Shown here piece after piece: positions 27,437 through 34,486 of a stretch of 37,278 nucleotides of DNA (within the stretch, counting starts at the first letter, position 1; each line of letters opens with the position of its first letter). Position numbers and translations under genes: made by a program. The notes under the pieces were generated by a model. That model was not told the origin of the DNA. It worked only from the letters and a program-made list of their open reading frames with translations, and searched no databases. This DNA comes from a bacterium (GTDB taxonomy: Bacteria; RBG-13-66-14; B26-G2; WVWN01), in the NCBI GenBank assembly GCA_036480675.1, contig JAZGGY010000102.1:1-37278 (forward strand). The letters run 5' to 3'.

Positions 27437-28711
27437 GTGGGTACGTACGAGCTCATAGTATACGGCTGCCAGATGAACGACTACGACGGCGAGAAGCTGG
27501 CCGGCATAATGGAGGAGGCCGGCTACCGGCCCGCGCCTCCCGGAGACGTCGCCGACGTCGTCTTGGTTTACACCTGCGCCGTACGGGAGTCAGCCACGAC
27601 CCGGGCGTTAGGCCGTATCACGTCGCTCGCGCGGTACAAGAAGCGCAAGGCGGATACCGTCATCGGCGTCGGCGGTTGTTGGCCCGCGGTCGAGAAGAAC
27701 GTCATCGAGAGCTCCTGCCCCCACGTCGACTTTACCTTCGGGACGACAAACCTGGAAGACGTCCCCGCGACGGTAGCGGGCATCCGCGGGCAGGCCGCGT
27801 CGCCGCTGCCGGACGAGATTCGGCTTCGCCGGACGGCCTGGCCTCGAGCCAACGTATCGATTATGCGGGGTTGCGACAACTTCTGCGCCTATTGCGTCGT
27901 GCCGTACGCCCGCGGCCCGGAGGTTTGCCGCCCGATCGACGACGTACTGCGCGAAGTGGAAGAGCTGGTCGGGGCCGGCTTTAAGGACATCACGCTCATA
28001 GGTCAGAACGTAAACTCGTACCGGCACGGCGTTACGTCCTTCGCGGAGCTTCTCCTGAAGGCCGACGCGCTGTGCGACGGCGTCTTCCTCCGTTTTACCA
28101 CCAATCACCCCCGCGACGTCAACGACGAAACGGTGGCCGCGCTCGGCCGGTGCCGCAACGTCGCCCGGCACCTCCACCTTCCGCTGCAGAGCGGCTCGGA
28201 CGCCGTATTGCACGCGATGAACCGCGACTACGACGTCAGCCGCTACCTCGACGTCGTCTCGAAGGTGCGGAAAGCGGTCCCGGGTATCTGCTTGACGACG
28301 GACGTACTGGTCGGCTTCCCCGGCGAGACGGAGGACGACTTCGAGGCTACGCTCAGCGTCGTCGAGCGCGTACGCTACGACAGCGCGTACGTCTTCATGT
28401 ACTCGCCTCGAGCCGGGACGGCGGCCGCGGCGCTGGCCGACGACGTGCCGCGTCCCGAAAAAGTGCGCCGCCTACAAACGGTCGGCGCGCGGCAACGCGC
28501 CATTGCGCTGGAAATAAACGAAGGGATGGTGGGGAGTGAACAACCGGCCTTAGTGGAAGGTCCGAGCCGCAAGAAGGCCGGCGAATACGCCGGCAGGTTG
28601 AGCGAAAATAAAATCGTAAATTTCGCGGGCCGGGCGCGCCCGGGCGAATTCATACGCTTAAAAATTACGAAGGCTTCGTCTTGGACGCTAAGAGGCGAGC
28701 CGGCGCCGTGA
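27437..28711 (+). CDS. miaB: tRNA-i6A37 methylthiotransferase MiaB
   Basis: 424-aa ORF with a GTG start. It has the UPF0004 N-domain (VYGCQMNDYDGEKLAG ... VLVYTCAVRE), the radical SAM site RGCDNFCAYCVVPYARG and a C-terminal TRAM domain (ALVEGPSRKKAGEYAGRLSENKIVNF...IRLKITKASSWTLRGE). Confidence 0.92.
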   Translation: MGTYELIVYGCQMNDYDGEKLAGIMEEAGYRPAPPGDVADVVLVYTCAVRESATTRALGRITSLARYKKRKADTVIGVGGCWPAVEKNVIESSCPHVDFTFGTTNLEDVPATVAGIRGQAASPLPDEIRLRRTAWPRANVSIMRGCDNFCAYCVVPYARGPEVCRPIDDVLREVEELVGAGFKDITLIGQNVNSYRHGVTSFAELLLKADALCDGVFLRFTTNHPRDVNDETVAALGRCRNVARHLHLPLQSGSDAVLHAMNRDYDVSRYLDVVSKVRKAVPGICLTTDVLVGFPGETEDDFEATLSVVERVRYDSAYVFMYSPRAGTAAAALADDVPRPEKVRRLQTVGARQRAIALEINEGMVGSEQPALVEGPSRKKAGEYAGRLSENKIVNFAGRARPGEFIRLKITKASSWTLRGEPAP

Positions 28712-28779
28712 CCGAACGCGCGAACCGTTCCGCCACGACGCCGGCGTCGTTGGGTCCAACTCGAGCCCCGAAAGGGGCG

Positions 28780-28941
28780 TTATCCTTTCCTCGCCCGCCG
28801 CGTTAGAAACGCGTGTACGATAATTGCCGCCGAGACGGTATCCACGGCCAGGAGTTGACAGAAGATGAGCACCTCGCTCTGCGGGTGAGGTAGTGCGATT
28901 AAGTGGACCAACCGAAATATCACGAAAAGCAACGTCGCCAT
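28780..28941 (-). CDS. possible small hydrophobic protein (53 aa), last gene of the rSAM operon
   Basis: Below the track's apparent length floor (nothing under 60 aa is listed). ATG 28939..28941 has GAGG 6 nt upstream and lies 36 nt after the methyltransferase stop. It encodes MATLLFVIFRLVHLIALPHPQSEVLIFCQLLAVDTVSAAIIVHAFLTRRARKG, with two hydrophobic segments. Third-position GC is lower than in neighbouring genes, so it may be spurious. Confidence 0.25.
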   Translation of the reverse strand: MATLLFVIFRLVHLIALPHPQSEVLIFCQLLAVDTVSAAIIVHAFLTRRARKG

Positions 28942-28977
28942 AGATTACCTCGCCTTGTCGTGGTTACCGTTAACTTC

Positions 28978-29619
28978 TCAACTGGCTTTTCTAGCCGCCG
29001 CGAAGAATATGGGTAAAAAGTAACACCGCTCCCCTTTAGATATCGCCGCCCCGCGCGCCCGCGCCGCAACGCGTAAACTCTCGCCGGCCGCCGATGCCCC
29101 TACCAACCTCTCCAGAAGCTCGAACTCCTTTTCTTCCTCCTCGGCCCAACGGGACGTGGTCCACGCCGAATTCAATACGCCGAAGCGGAAGACGTCGAAG
29201 CCGGCGCTGCTCAACAGGGCCGGGAGTTTCCGGCCCGCGGCCGGGTCGCCGCCACGCCGCCGCACCGCCTCCACGACGTCGTCGCGGCTCGAGGCCGCCG
29301 GCGGATAGTCGATGGCGCCCTCGTAATCCGGTTCCGCCAGCGCGACGTACACGCCCCCGCTCTTCAAAACCCTCTCCGCTTCCCGCAGGAACGCCGCCGG
29401 TTCGGCAAGCCAAGTTATCACGAACGCCCCCACCGCGGCGTCGAAAACGCCGTCGCGGAAGGGCAACGCCGCGGCGTCGCCGGCGACGAAGGCCGCGCCG
29501 CTCCCCCGGGCGCGCGCCGCCGTCAACGCCTCGAGCCTCCTGTCAATCCCCACCGCCACTTTGGCCGCGCGCGCCGCCAGCTCCGCCGTCACGACGCCGC
29601 TACCGCAGCCCACCTCCAA
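28978..29619 (-). CDS. class I SAM-dependent methyltransferase (start unresolved; coding signal continues upstream to 29757)
   Basis: The track ORF starts at TTG 29617..29619, directly at motif I (L-EVGCGSG), followed by VAGDAAALPFRDGVFDAAVG and LKSGGVYV. The 46 codons upstream (29620..29757) are open in the same frame and look like the missing N-terminus, but contain no ATG/GTG/TTG. See findings. Confidence 0.8.
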   Translation of the reverse strand: MEVGCGSGVVTAELAARAAKVAVGIDRRLEALTAARARGSGAAFVAGDAAALPFRDGVFDAAVGAFVITWLAEPAAFLREAERVLKSGGVYVALAEPDYEGAIDYPPAASSRDDVVEAVRRRGGDPAAGRKLPALLSSAGFDVFRFGVLNSAWTTSRWAEEEEKEFELLERLVGASAAGESLRVAARARGAAISKGERCYFLPIFFAAARKAS

Positions 29620-29757
29620 TATCCGCCCGAACCGTCGGAAGCTGAACTGCCGGTAGAGCTCGCGCCGGTGCGCCTCGTACCACGCCGCCTGGCGGACTTC
29701 CTCTTCGGGCGTAAGGTACGGGCCGGCGTCGCCTGCTATCTCCCATCCCTCCTTGCG

Positions 29758-31128
29758 CTACGCCGCGTTGGACGCGGCGTCCGGGCAACAGAAAACTCTC
29801 TCGTACTTGACCGACAGCGGGCACCCGGCGCCGCATATTTCTAAATCCGGGCACTCCCGACATCGGGCGGGCGCGTACTCCCGGTCGCGTATCTCGCGAG
29901 CCAATTCGTTGTTGTAGATCGTGTCCCAGTCGTCGGCGAGTATATTCCCCATAGGTTGGTAAAACGACTGGCACGGTATGACGTCGCCGTTGGGCTCGAC
30001 GCACATGTTGTACTTGGCCGCGGTGCACTGTTTGACGCCCAGGTCCATCGTCAGCGGGTTGAAGCGGCAGTACTGCGTCGGCGTATACCACATAAAAGTC
30101 ATGTCGTTGGCGGCGCAGGCCGCGGTGAAGCGGCTGAGGATGGGCCCGAGCGCGCCCTCCGGAATGCCGACGTCAACGTCGCGCGCGCTGCCGGAGTTAA
30201 TAATGCCGTTGGCCGCCACGTGCTCGACGTCCAGCGTCGCCAAAAACGCCACCAACTCCTCCACGTCGTCGACGTTTTCGGTGGTGAGCGTCGTGTTGGT
30301 CAACAAGTATACCGGGCTTGCGACGGCGTTCTCGATGCCGGCGACGGTTTCGTTGAAGGCGCCGTCGGCGCCCACCATCTTGTCGTGGGTTTCGGGTACG
30401 GAGGAGTGAATGGTTATTTGGACGTGGTCGAGGCCCGCCGCGGACAGCGCGTCCATATATTCCGCGTCCTTCAACTTGCGGCCGTTGGTCAACAGGCCGG
30501 TGACAACGCCCAACTCCTCGGCGTATTCGACCAATTCGACCAGGTCCGGGTGCTGCGTCGGCTCGCCGCCGGTGAATACCACGTGCGGAATGCCGAGCCC
30601 CCAAACCTTGGCGATGACGCGCTTGAGGTCCTCGGTGCTGAGCGTCTCGCCCGCGCGCGCGGCCTCGTTGTAGCAGTGGGCGCAGGCGTTGTCGCACCCG
30701 TACGTGAGCGCGAGGTCCATCCGGTAGGGCACGTCGACGTCGATGGAAAAGGGGTCGACGCGCTCGGCGCCCAGGTACGATATGGGACACCGCTCGTCGC
30801 CGCGCGCCATCATTTCTATCGTCTCGCGCAAGCGGCGGAGGTCTTCCGCCAGCTCCTTTTTGCCCACGCGGTAGCGCTTGGCCATCGTCTTGACGATGCG
30901 GTCGTCGGGCCACTCCTCGATTACGTAGCGCGCCATCTCGGCGCCGGTCTGGTTGAGGTGCAGGATGCGAGCGGCATTTATCATCAATATGCCGTCGCCC
31001 CCCGGGTTCAGGCGGAGGTGGAGGCGAACATGGAGTTCCGCGTCGTCGCGCCGGAGGTGGTATATCCCCGCCTCGAGCGGGACCTGCTTCGCCAGGAACT
31101 TGTCGTATATCGTCTTTCCGATACCCAT
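29758..31128 (-). CDS. radical SAM/SPASM-domain peptide maturase with N-terminal PqqD-like (RRE) domain
   Basis: The ORF track gives 29758..31245. I place the start at ATG 31126..31128 (MGIGKTIYDKF...) because the extension is an Arg-rich out-of-frame reading of the upstream gene's Cys-Ala repeat. The rSAM site is LTYGCDNACAHCYN. The SPASM motif is Cx2Cx5Cx3C (CRECPDLEICGAGC), with upstream Cys residues (QCTAAKYNMCVEPNGDVIPC). The N-terminal ~100 aa are PqqD-like (ILHLNQTGAEMARYVIEEWPDDRIVKTMAKRYRVGKKELAEDLRRLRETI). Confidence 0.9.
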   Translation of the reverse strand: MGIGKTIYDKFLAKQVPLEAGIYHLRRDDAELHVRLHLRLNPGGDGILMINAARILHLNQTGAEMARYVIEEWPDDRIVKTMAKRYRVGKKELAEDLRRLRETIEMMARGDERCPISYLGAERVDPFSIDVDVPYRMDLALTYGCDNACAHCYNEAARAGETLSTEDLKRVIAKVWGLGIPHVVFTGGEPTQHPDLVELVEYAEELGVVTGLLTNGRKLKDAEYMDALSAAGLDHVQITIHSSVPETHDKMVGADGAFNETVAGIENAVASPVYLLTNTTLTTENVDDVEELVAFLATLDVEHVAANGIINSGSARDVDVGIPEGALGPILSRFTAACAANDMTFMWYTPTQYCRFNPLTMDLGVKQCTAAKYNMCVEPNGDVIPCQSFYQPMGNILADDWDTIYNNELAREIRDREYAPARCRECPDLEICGAGCPLSVKYERVFCCPDAASNAA

Positions 31129-31163
31129 ATATAATCTACGACGGGATTTGAGGCCGACCGCGC

Positions 31164-32777
31164 CTAACGGCCGCCGCCGGCGCAGGCGCAGGCGCACCCG
31201 GCGCAAGCGCATGCGCAAGCGCAGCTGCTGCCGCCGCCGCTCCAACCGCCGGACGAACGCGCAGGCGGCGGGTTAGTGGTCGCGGTAACTTTGCCGGTGA
31301 ACGATTCCACCTTCGACACCACGCCGTTCGCGATGCCCTCCACGCGCGTCACGACGGCGTTGGCGAAGCTGGCGCCGGGGAGCGTGGGCATATCGAGCGA
31401 AACGCCCTTGGGCCCGACCCCGGCCGCGGGGGCGACGCGTCCCCACCATACGGGCCGCGGTACGTCGTATCCCACGAAGACGGTGCGGGCGTGCCCCTCG
31501 AAGTCGTCGTCCAGCATCGTCCACTCCAGGCCGTTCGTAAACTCCTCGACCTTGACGTCGGGGGTACCGGCCTCCTCCACCAACCGCCAGGCGGTCTTCA
31601 CTATCTTGCGGTAGTATTCGACGGTCTCGCGGTGGGAGAAGCCCTTCATCTTCTTCTCCACGGCCTTGATCAGCGACACCAACATGTCCTGGAGCTTCTT
31701 CTCGCCCAGGGTCCCGTCTTTGTCGAGCGCGGCGACCAACTCTTTCTCGTACGGCCTTAGGCCGTTCTCTTTAAAAGGTAGCTTCTCGAGCTTCAGCGGC
31801 TCCTGGGAGACTATGGAAAGCGCGCCCTTCTTAATCAAGCCGAAGAGGATCATGGTCAGGATTACGTTCAACGGCCGTTCCATCAGGATCGCGGCTTCAG
31901 GGGCGGTAAGGCCGCGCTTAATCCCCACGCCCTCAACCTTGGCCTTGGGCGACAGGTACCTCATGCGCCGACGCCGTTTATTGATTATGCCAAAGACGGC
32001 GATAAGTACGAAAATAGTAATCGGTATCAAGCATCCGCAGAATTGCGCCGCAAAGCCCACGAGGCCTGCGAAGAAGTCGCCGATCCACCCGAACTGCGGC
32101 GGCGACCGCACCTCCGCCACCGCGTTCCGCGGGAACGATATGCCGAAGTAATACTGCTCCGACGGCGACGCTTGCTGCCAATCCCAGACGTAATAGACGC
32201 GGCCATCCCTAACGAACATCTGCGTCGGCTCGCCGCCCTCGTCCTCGTGCCAGCGCGTTTGCTCCCCCGTTACGCCCGGCGGGAAGACGAAGACCATCGT
32301 GAGGTGGGTCGTGCCGGTGGTGAAATCGGAGCCGAACCAGGTGGGGCTGAAGACGGCCGACGCGTACGTCTCGTCGGCCGAGTCCTCGAAGACCATATGG
32401 TAATTACGGCCGTTAACGTGGAGCGTAGCCGCGTCGCCGGATCCAATTTCGTAACCGGAGAGCGGTATCTCGACGCCGACGTCGATGTACTCCGAGGGCC
32501 TTATGGTATACAGCGGATGGCCGTCGACGTCGGCGGTAATGGAGTCGAGGTCGTAATCGTTCGACGGAAAGCCCACGTCGACGATATCTATGGGGTCGCC
32601 GGCGGGGGTATTGCGAAAGGTTATCTTGTAATCGACGTCGAACGAAGAATCCTGGTTGACGGTTACCGTCACTACCTCGCGCGGGACCTCAAAGTAGTAA
32701 TCCTGCGCCGCGACGGGCCACGGCGTTACCGCCGCCGCCAAATATAAAACTATTGTCGCGCCACGTTTAAGACCCAT
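31164..32777 (-). CDS. DUF2207-like membrane protein with C-terminal poly(Cys-Ala) tail
   Basis: 537-aa ORF with a signal peptide (LYLAAAVTPWPVAAQ). The ~220-aa N-terminal domain opens with a DUF2207-like pattern (YYFEVPREVVTVTVNQDSSFDVDYKITF). A long hydrophobic span (FFAGLVGFAAQFCGCLIPITIFVLIAVFGII) is followed by KRRRRMRY and a soluble C-terminal half. It ends ...PPPARSSGGWSGGGSSCACACACAGCACACAGGGR*. The family call is from memory of its architecture. Confidence 0.8.
   Translation of the reverse strand: MGLKRGATIVLYLAAAVTPWPVAAQDYYFEVPREVVTVTVNQDSSFDVDYKITFRNTPAGDPIDIVDVGFPSNDYDLDSITADVDGHPLYTIRPSEYIDVGVEIPLSGYEIGSGDAATLHVNGRNYHMVFEDSADETYASAVFSPTWFGSDFTTGTTHLTMVFVFPPGVTGEQTRWHEDEGGEPTQMFVRDGRVYYVWDWQQASPSEQYYFGISFPRNAVAEVRSPPQFGWIGDFFAGLVGFAAQFCGCLIPITIFVLIAVFGIINKRRRRMRYLSPKAKVEGVGIKRGLTAPEAAILMERPLNVILTMILFGLIKKGALSIVSQEPLKLEKLPFKENGLRPYEKELVAALDKDGTLGEKKLQDMLVSLIKAVEKKMKGFSHRETVEYYRKIVKTAWRLVEEAGTPDVKVEEFTNGLEWTMLDDDFEGHARTVFVGYDVPRPVWWGRVAPAAGVGPKGVSLDMPTLPGASFANAVVTRVEGIANGVVSKVESFTGKVTATTNPPPARSSGGWSGGGSSCACACACAGCACACAGGGR
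31179..31223 (-). repeat. coding hexanucleotide repeat (7 x NGCGCA on + strand) encoding (Cys-Ala)4-Gly-(Cys-Ala)3
   Basis: The + strand reads GGCGCA GGCGCA GGCGCA ccc GGCGCA AGCGCA TGCGCA AGCGCA. On the coding strand every Cys is TGC, while the Ala codons vary (GCT, GCA, GCT, GCC x4). Confidence 0.9.
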
Positions 32778-32806
32778 GTCTATTTACCACGTGCGGCGAG
32801 GGCGAT

Positions 32807-33211
32807 TTACCATTTCGGTTCTTCTTCGATTTCGTATGACGTCCCGCAATAAGGGCAGGTTACCACCACGGCCCCGGCCTTGACGTCGATATTGTCTTTC
32901 GCCAGCGTGGCCCCGCAGGATTGGCACTTCAACCGCTCGAGCGACAGATCGCCCGTTAAATCTATTTGCTGGACGATGGTCTGCGGTTTCTCGGCCCGGT
33001 ACTTCTTGTAGGAGCGGTACATCAGTACGCCGGCGCCGGCTATGAGTAACAGGCCGATGACGTTAAGGCATACGCCCACGCCCACCCGGCTGCCGCCCTG
33101 CTCGCCGGCCTCGGCGGCGGTGGAGGCCATAATCCACAGAACGCCGAAGAAGATAAGCACCAGCGCCAAAACTACCATCGGTACGCCGAATATGCAGCCG
33201 CTCAATTTCAT
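32807..33211 (-). CDS. membrane-anchored zinc-ribbon protein (function unknown)
   Basis: I prefer ATG 33209..33211; the track uses TTG at 33217. There are two hydrophobic helices (VPMVVLALVLIFFGVLWIMA; VCLNVIGLLLIAGAGVLMY). A C-terminal CxxC-N22-CxxC ribbon follows (LKCQSCGATLAKDNIDVKAGAVVVTCPYCGTSY). It lies 29 nt upstream of the DUF2207-like gene. Confidence 0.7.
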   Translation of the reverse strand: MKLSGCIFGVPMVVLALVLIFFGVLWIMASTAAEAGEQGGSRVGVGVCLNVIGLLLIAGAGVLMYRSYKKYRAEKPQTIVQQIDLTGDLSLERLKCQSCGATLAKDNIDVKAGAVVVTCPYCGTSYEIEEEPKW

Positions 33212-33257
33212 AGTCAAACGCCGCCGTATTTATGACCTAAAATGCACTTATTACGTA

Positions 33258-33286
33258 ATAATATAGTATCTAAATGTCGATTGCAA
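33258..33286 (-). promoter_or_regulatory. candidate promoter of the zinc-ribbon/DUF2207-like/rSAM operon (TTGCAA-17-TATTAT) with overlapping palindrome
   Basis: The reverse strand reads TTGCAA (33281..33286), a 17-nt spacer and TATTAT (33258..33263). The region is markedly AT-rich. A perfect 14-bp palindrome TTATTACGTAATAA (33248..33261) overlaps the -10 element. Confidence 0.4.
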
Positions 33287-33312
33287 GTATAATTCGTACC
33301 CGCGAAGTCTAG

Positions 33313-33337
33313 ATAAAAACCCCCGCGGCCGCGGGGG
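33313..33337 (-). terminator. rho-independent terminator of the acidic-protein gene
   Basis: The reverse strand reads GCCCCCGCGGCCGCGGGGG followed by TTTTTA, 25 nt after the TAA at 33363..33365. Confidence 0.8.
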
Positions 33338-33362
33338 CTTATCTTCGGATTTAAACAGGAGC

Positions 33363-34310
33363 TTACCTGTTTTGATAGCGGTCGATTATCGACCTGAAGA
33401 GGTCGACCGCGGCGGCGAGGGTGATATTACGCCTCTCAATGCGGACTTTGTTGCCCACGACGCCGATTCCGATGAATATCTCGGCTTCCTCTTCCGCCGC
33501 CGGTTCCTCCGCCGCAGGAAGCGCGAGTTCAGGTACCGCTTCAGCGGCCACGCCGACCGGGACCACCTCGGGCCGCGGCGGCATAGGCGGCGCTGCGGGC
33601 GGTACCTCGCGGAGTTCTTCCTCTATCGTCGCTTTGATCGCCTCGGCCTCTTCCTCCCTCAAAGTAGGCTCGCTGACAGCGGCCGGCTCGGCCGCGGCGA
33701 CTACTTCCTCCTCTAGAAGCGGTTTCACCAGTTCCTCGAGCGGGGCTTCGGCGCCGGGTCCAACCTCTATCTCGAGGCCGGTGGGAACTGCTTCGGCCGG
33801 AACCTCTTCCTCCACCGGCGGCGCTTCCGCCTCCACGGCGGGCAAGTCGGCAGCATCCCACGGTTGGGGCGCTATTACTTCGCCCACGCCCTCCAGGTCG
33901 AAGTCCGTCAATTCCAAACCGGCGAGCGCTTCTTCGGCCGGCTCCTCGACGGGCGGCGGCTCGGGTCCCGGGGGCTCGAGGAAGGCCGCGGCCTCGGCCC
34001 CAGACGCGAATTCGGGCGGCATCTCGGGCGGCGCCATAAACGGCTCCTGGACCGCCTCCGCCTTCTCCTCGTCCAAAGGAATAGCCGACGGCTCGGGCGG
34101 CGCGGGGAAAGAGCTCAAATCGAAATCGCTCTCCGGCGCCTCGATAGCTTCCGGCCCGGGGGCGAGCGGTTCGTCGACTTCGTCGAGCGAAGTCTCGAAC
34201 TTATCGAATTCCCCGCTGGCGATCCTCTCTTTGAGCCGCCGCGCGCGCTCCTCGTTCCGCCTCTTTATAGCCTCTATAGGATCTTCTATTTCCTCGGCCA
34301 TGGGACCTAC
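33363..34310 (-). CDS. acidic Glu/Pro/Ala-rich low-complexity protein (function unknown)
   Basis: I prefer ATG 34308..34310, because AAGGAG lies 8 nt upstream and the track's TTG start at 34319 sits just upstream of and overlaps that SD. The N-terminus is a charged helix (EDPIEAIKRRNEERARRLKERIASGEFDKF). About 230 aa of E/P/A-rich sequence follow. The C-terminus is a short ordered-looking segment (IFIGIGVVGNKVRIERRNITLAAAVDLFRSIIDRYQNR). The gene has its own promoter-like site and terminator. Confidence 0.7.
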   Translation of the reverse strand, partial: VGPMAEEIEDPIEAIKRRNEERARRLKERIASGEFDKFETSLDEVDEPLAPGPEAIEAPESDFDLSSFPAPPEPSAIPLDEEKAEAVQEPFMAPPEMPPEFASGAEAAAFLEPPGPEPPPVEEPAEEALAGLELTDFDLEGVGEVIAPQPWDAADLPAVEAEAPPVEEEVPAEAVPTGLEIEVGPGAEAPLEELVKPLLEEEVVAAAEPAAVSEPTLREEEAEAIKATIEEELREVPPAAPPMPPRPEVVPVGVAAEAVPELALPAAEEPAAEEEAEIFIGIGVVGNKVRIERRNITLAAAVDLFRSIIDRYQNR

Positions 34311-34343
34311 TCCTTTCAAGCCGTTTTATCCTAATTCAAATGC

Positions 34344-34373
34344 ATTCTAATAACAATACGTTGTCGTTGTCAA
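34344..34373 (-). promoter_or_regulatory. candidate sigma70-type promoter (TTGACA-18-TAGAAT)
   Basis: The reverse strand reads TTGACA (34368..34373), an 18-nt spacer and TAGAAT (34344..34349), about 35 nt upstream of the ATG at 34310. The same hexamer pair occurs upstream of the C25 peptidase gene. Confidence 0.5.
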
Positions 34374-34486
34374 GGTTTTTTTGGCTACGTTGATACGCAA
34401 CGGCCGGCGCATCTCGCCTCCCGAGACGCGAGTCCGTCGCGATATGACGCCGGCGCCGGCGTAACGCGAACCCTTTCTCCATACCT

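Noticed and set aside
29956-31134. 392-aa + strand ORF
   Set aside because: It is antisense to the rSAM/SPASM gene, which carries clear CxxxCxxC and SPASM motifs.
31179-31223. GCGCA hexamer array as a non-coding microsatellite or CRISPR-like repeat
   Set aside because: It lies inside a long ORF, is in frame, has no spacers, and encodes the Cys-Ala tail. I treat it as a coding repeat.
33421-34350. 309-aa Ser/Ala/Gly-rich + strand ORF
   Set aside because: It is the mirror frame of the acidic-protein gene. The minus strand has the SD+ATG, a promoter-like site and a correctly oriented terminator. The + frame has none of these.
34447-34462. 16-bp perfect GC palindrome ACGCCGGCGCCGGCGT in the intergenic gap
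   Set aside because: There is no adjacent T tract and no positional link to a promoter. Short GC palindromes arise easily in GC-rich DNA.
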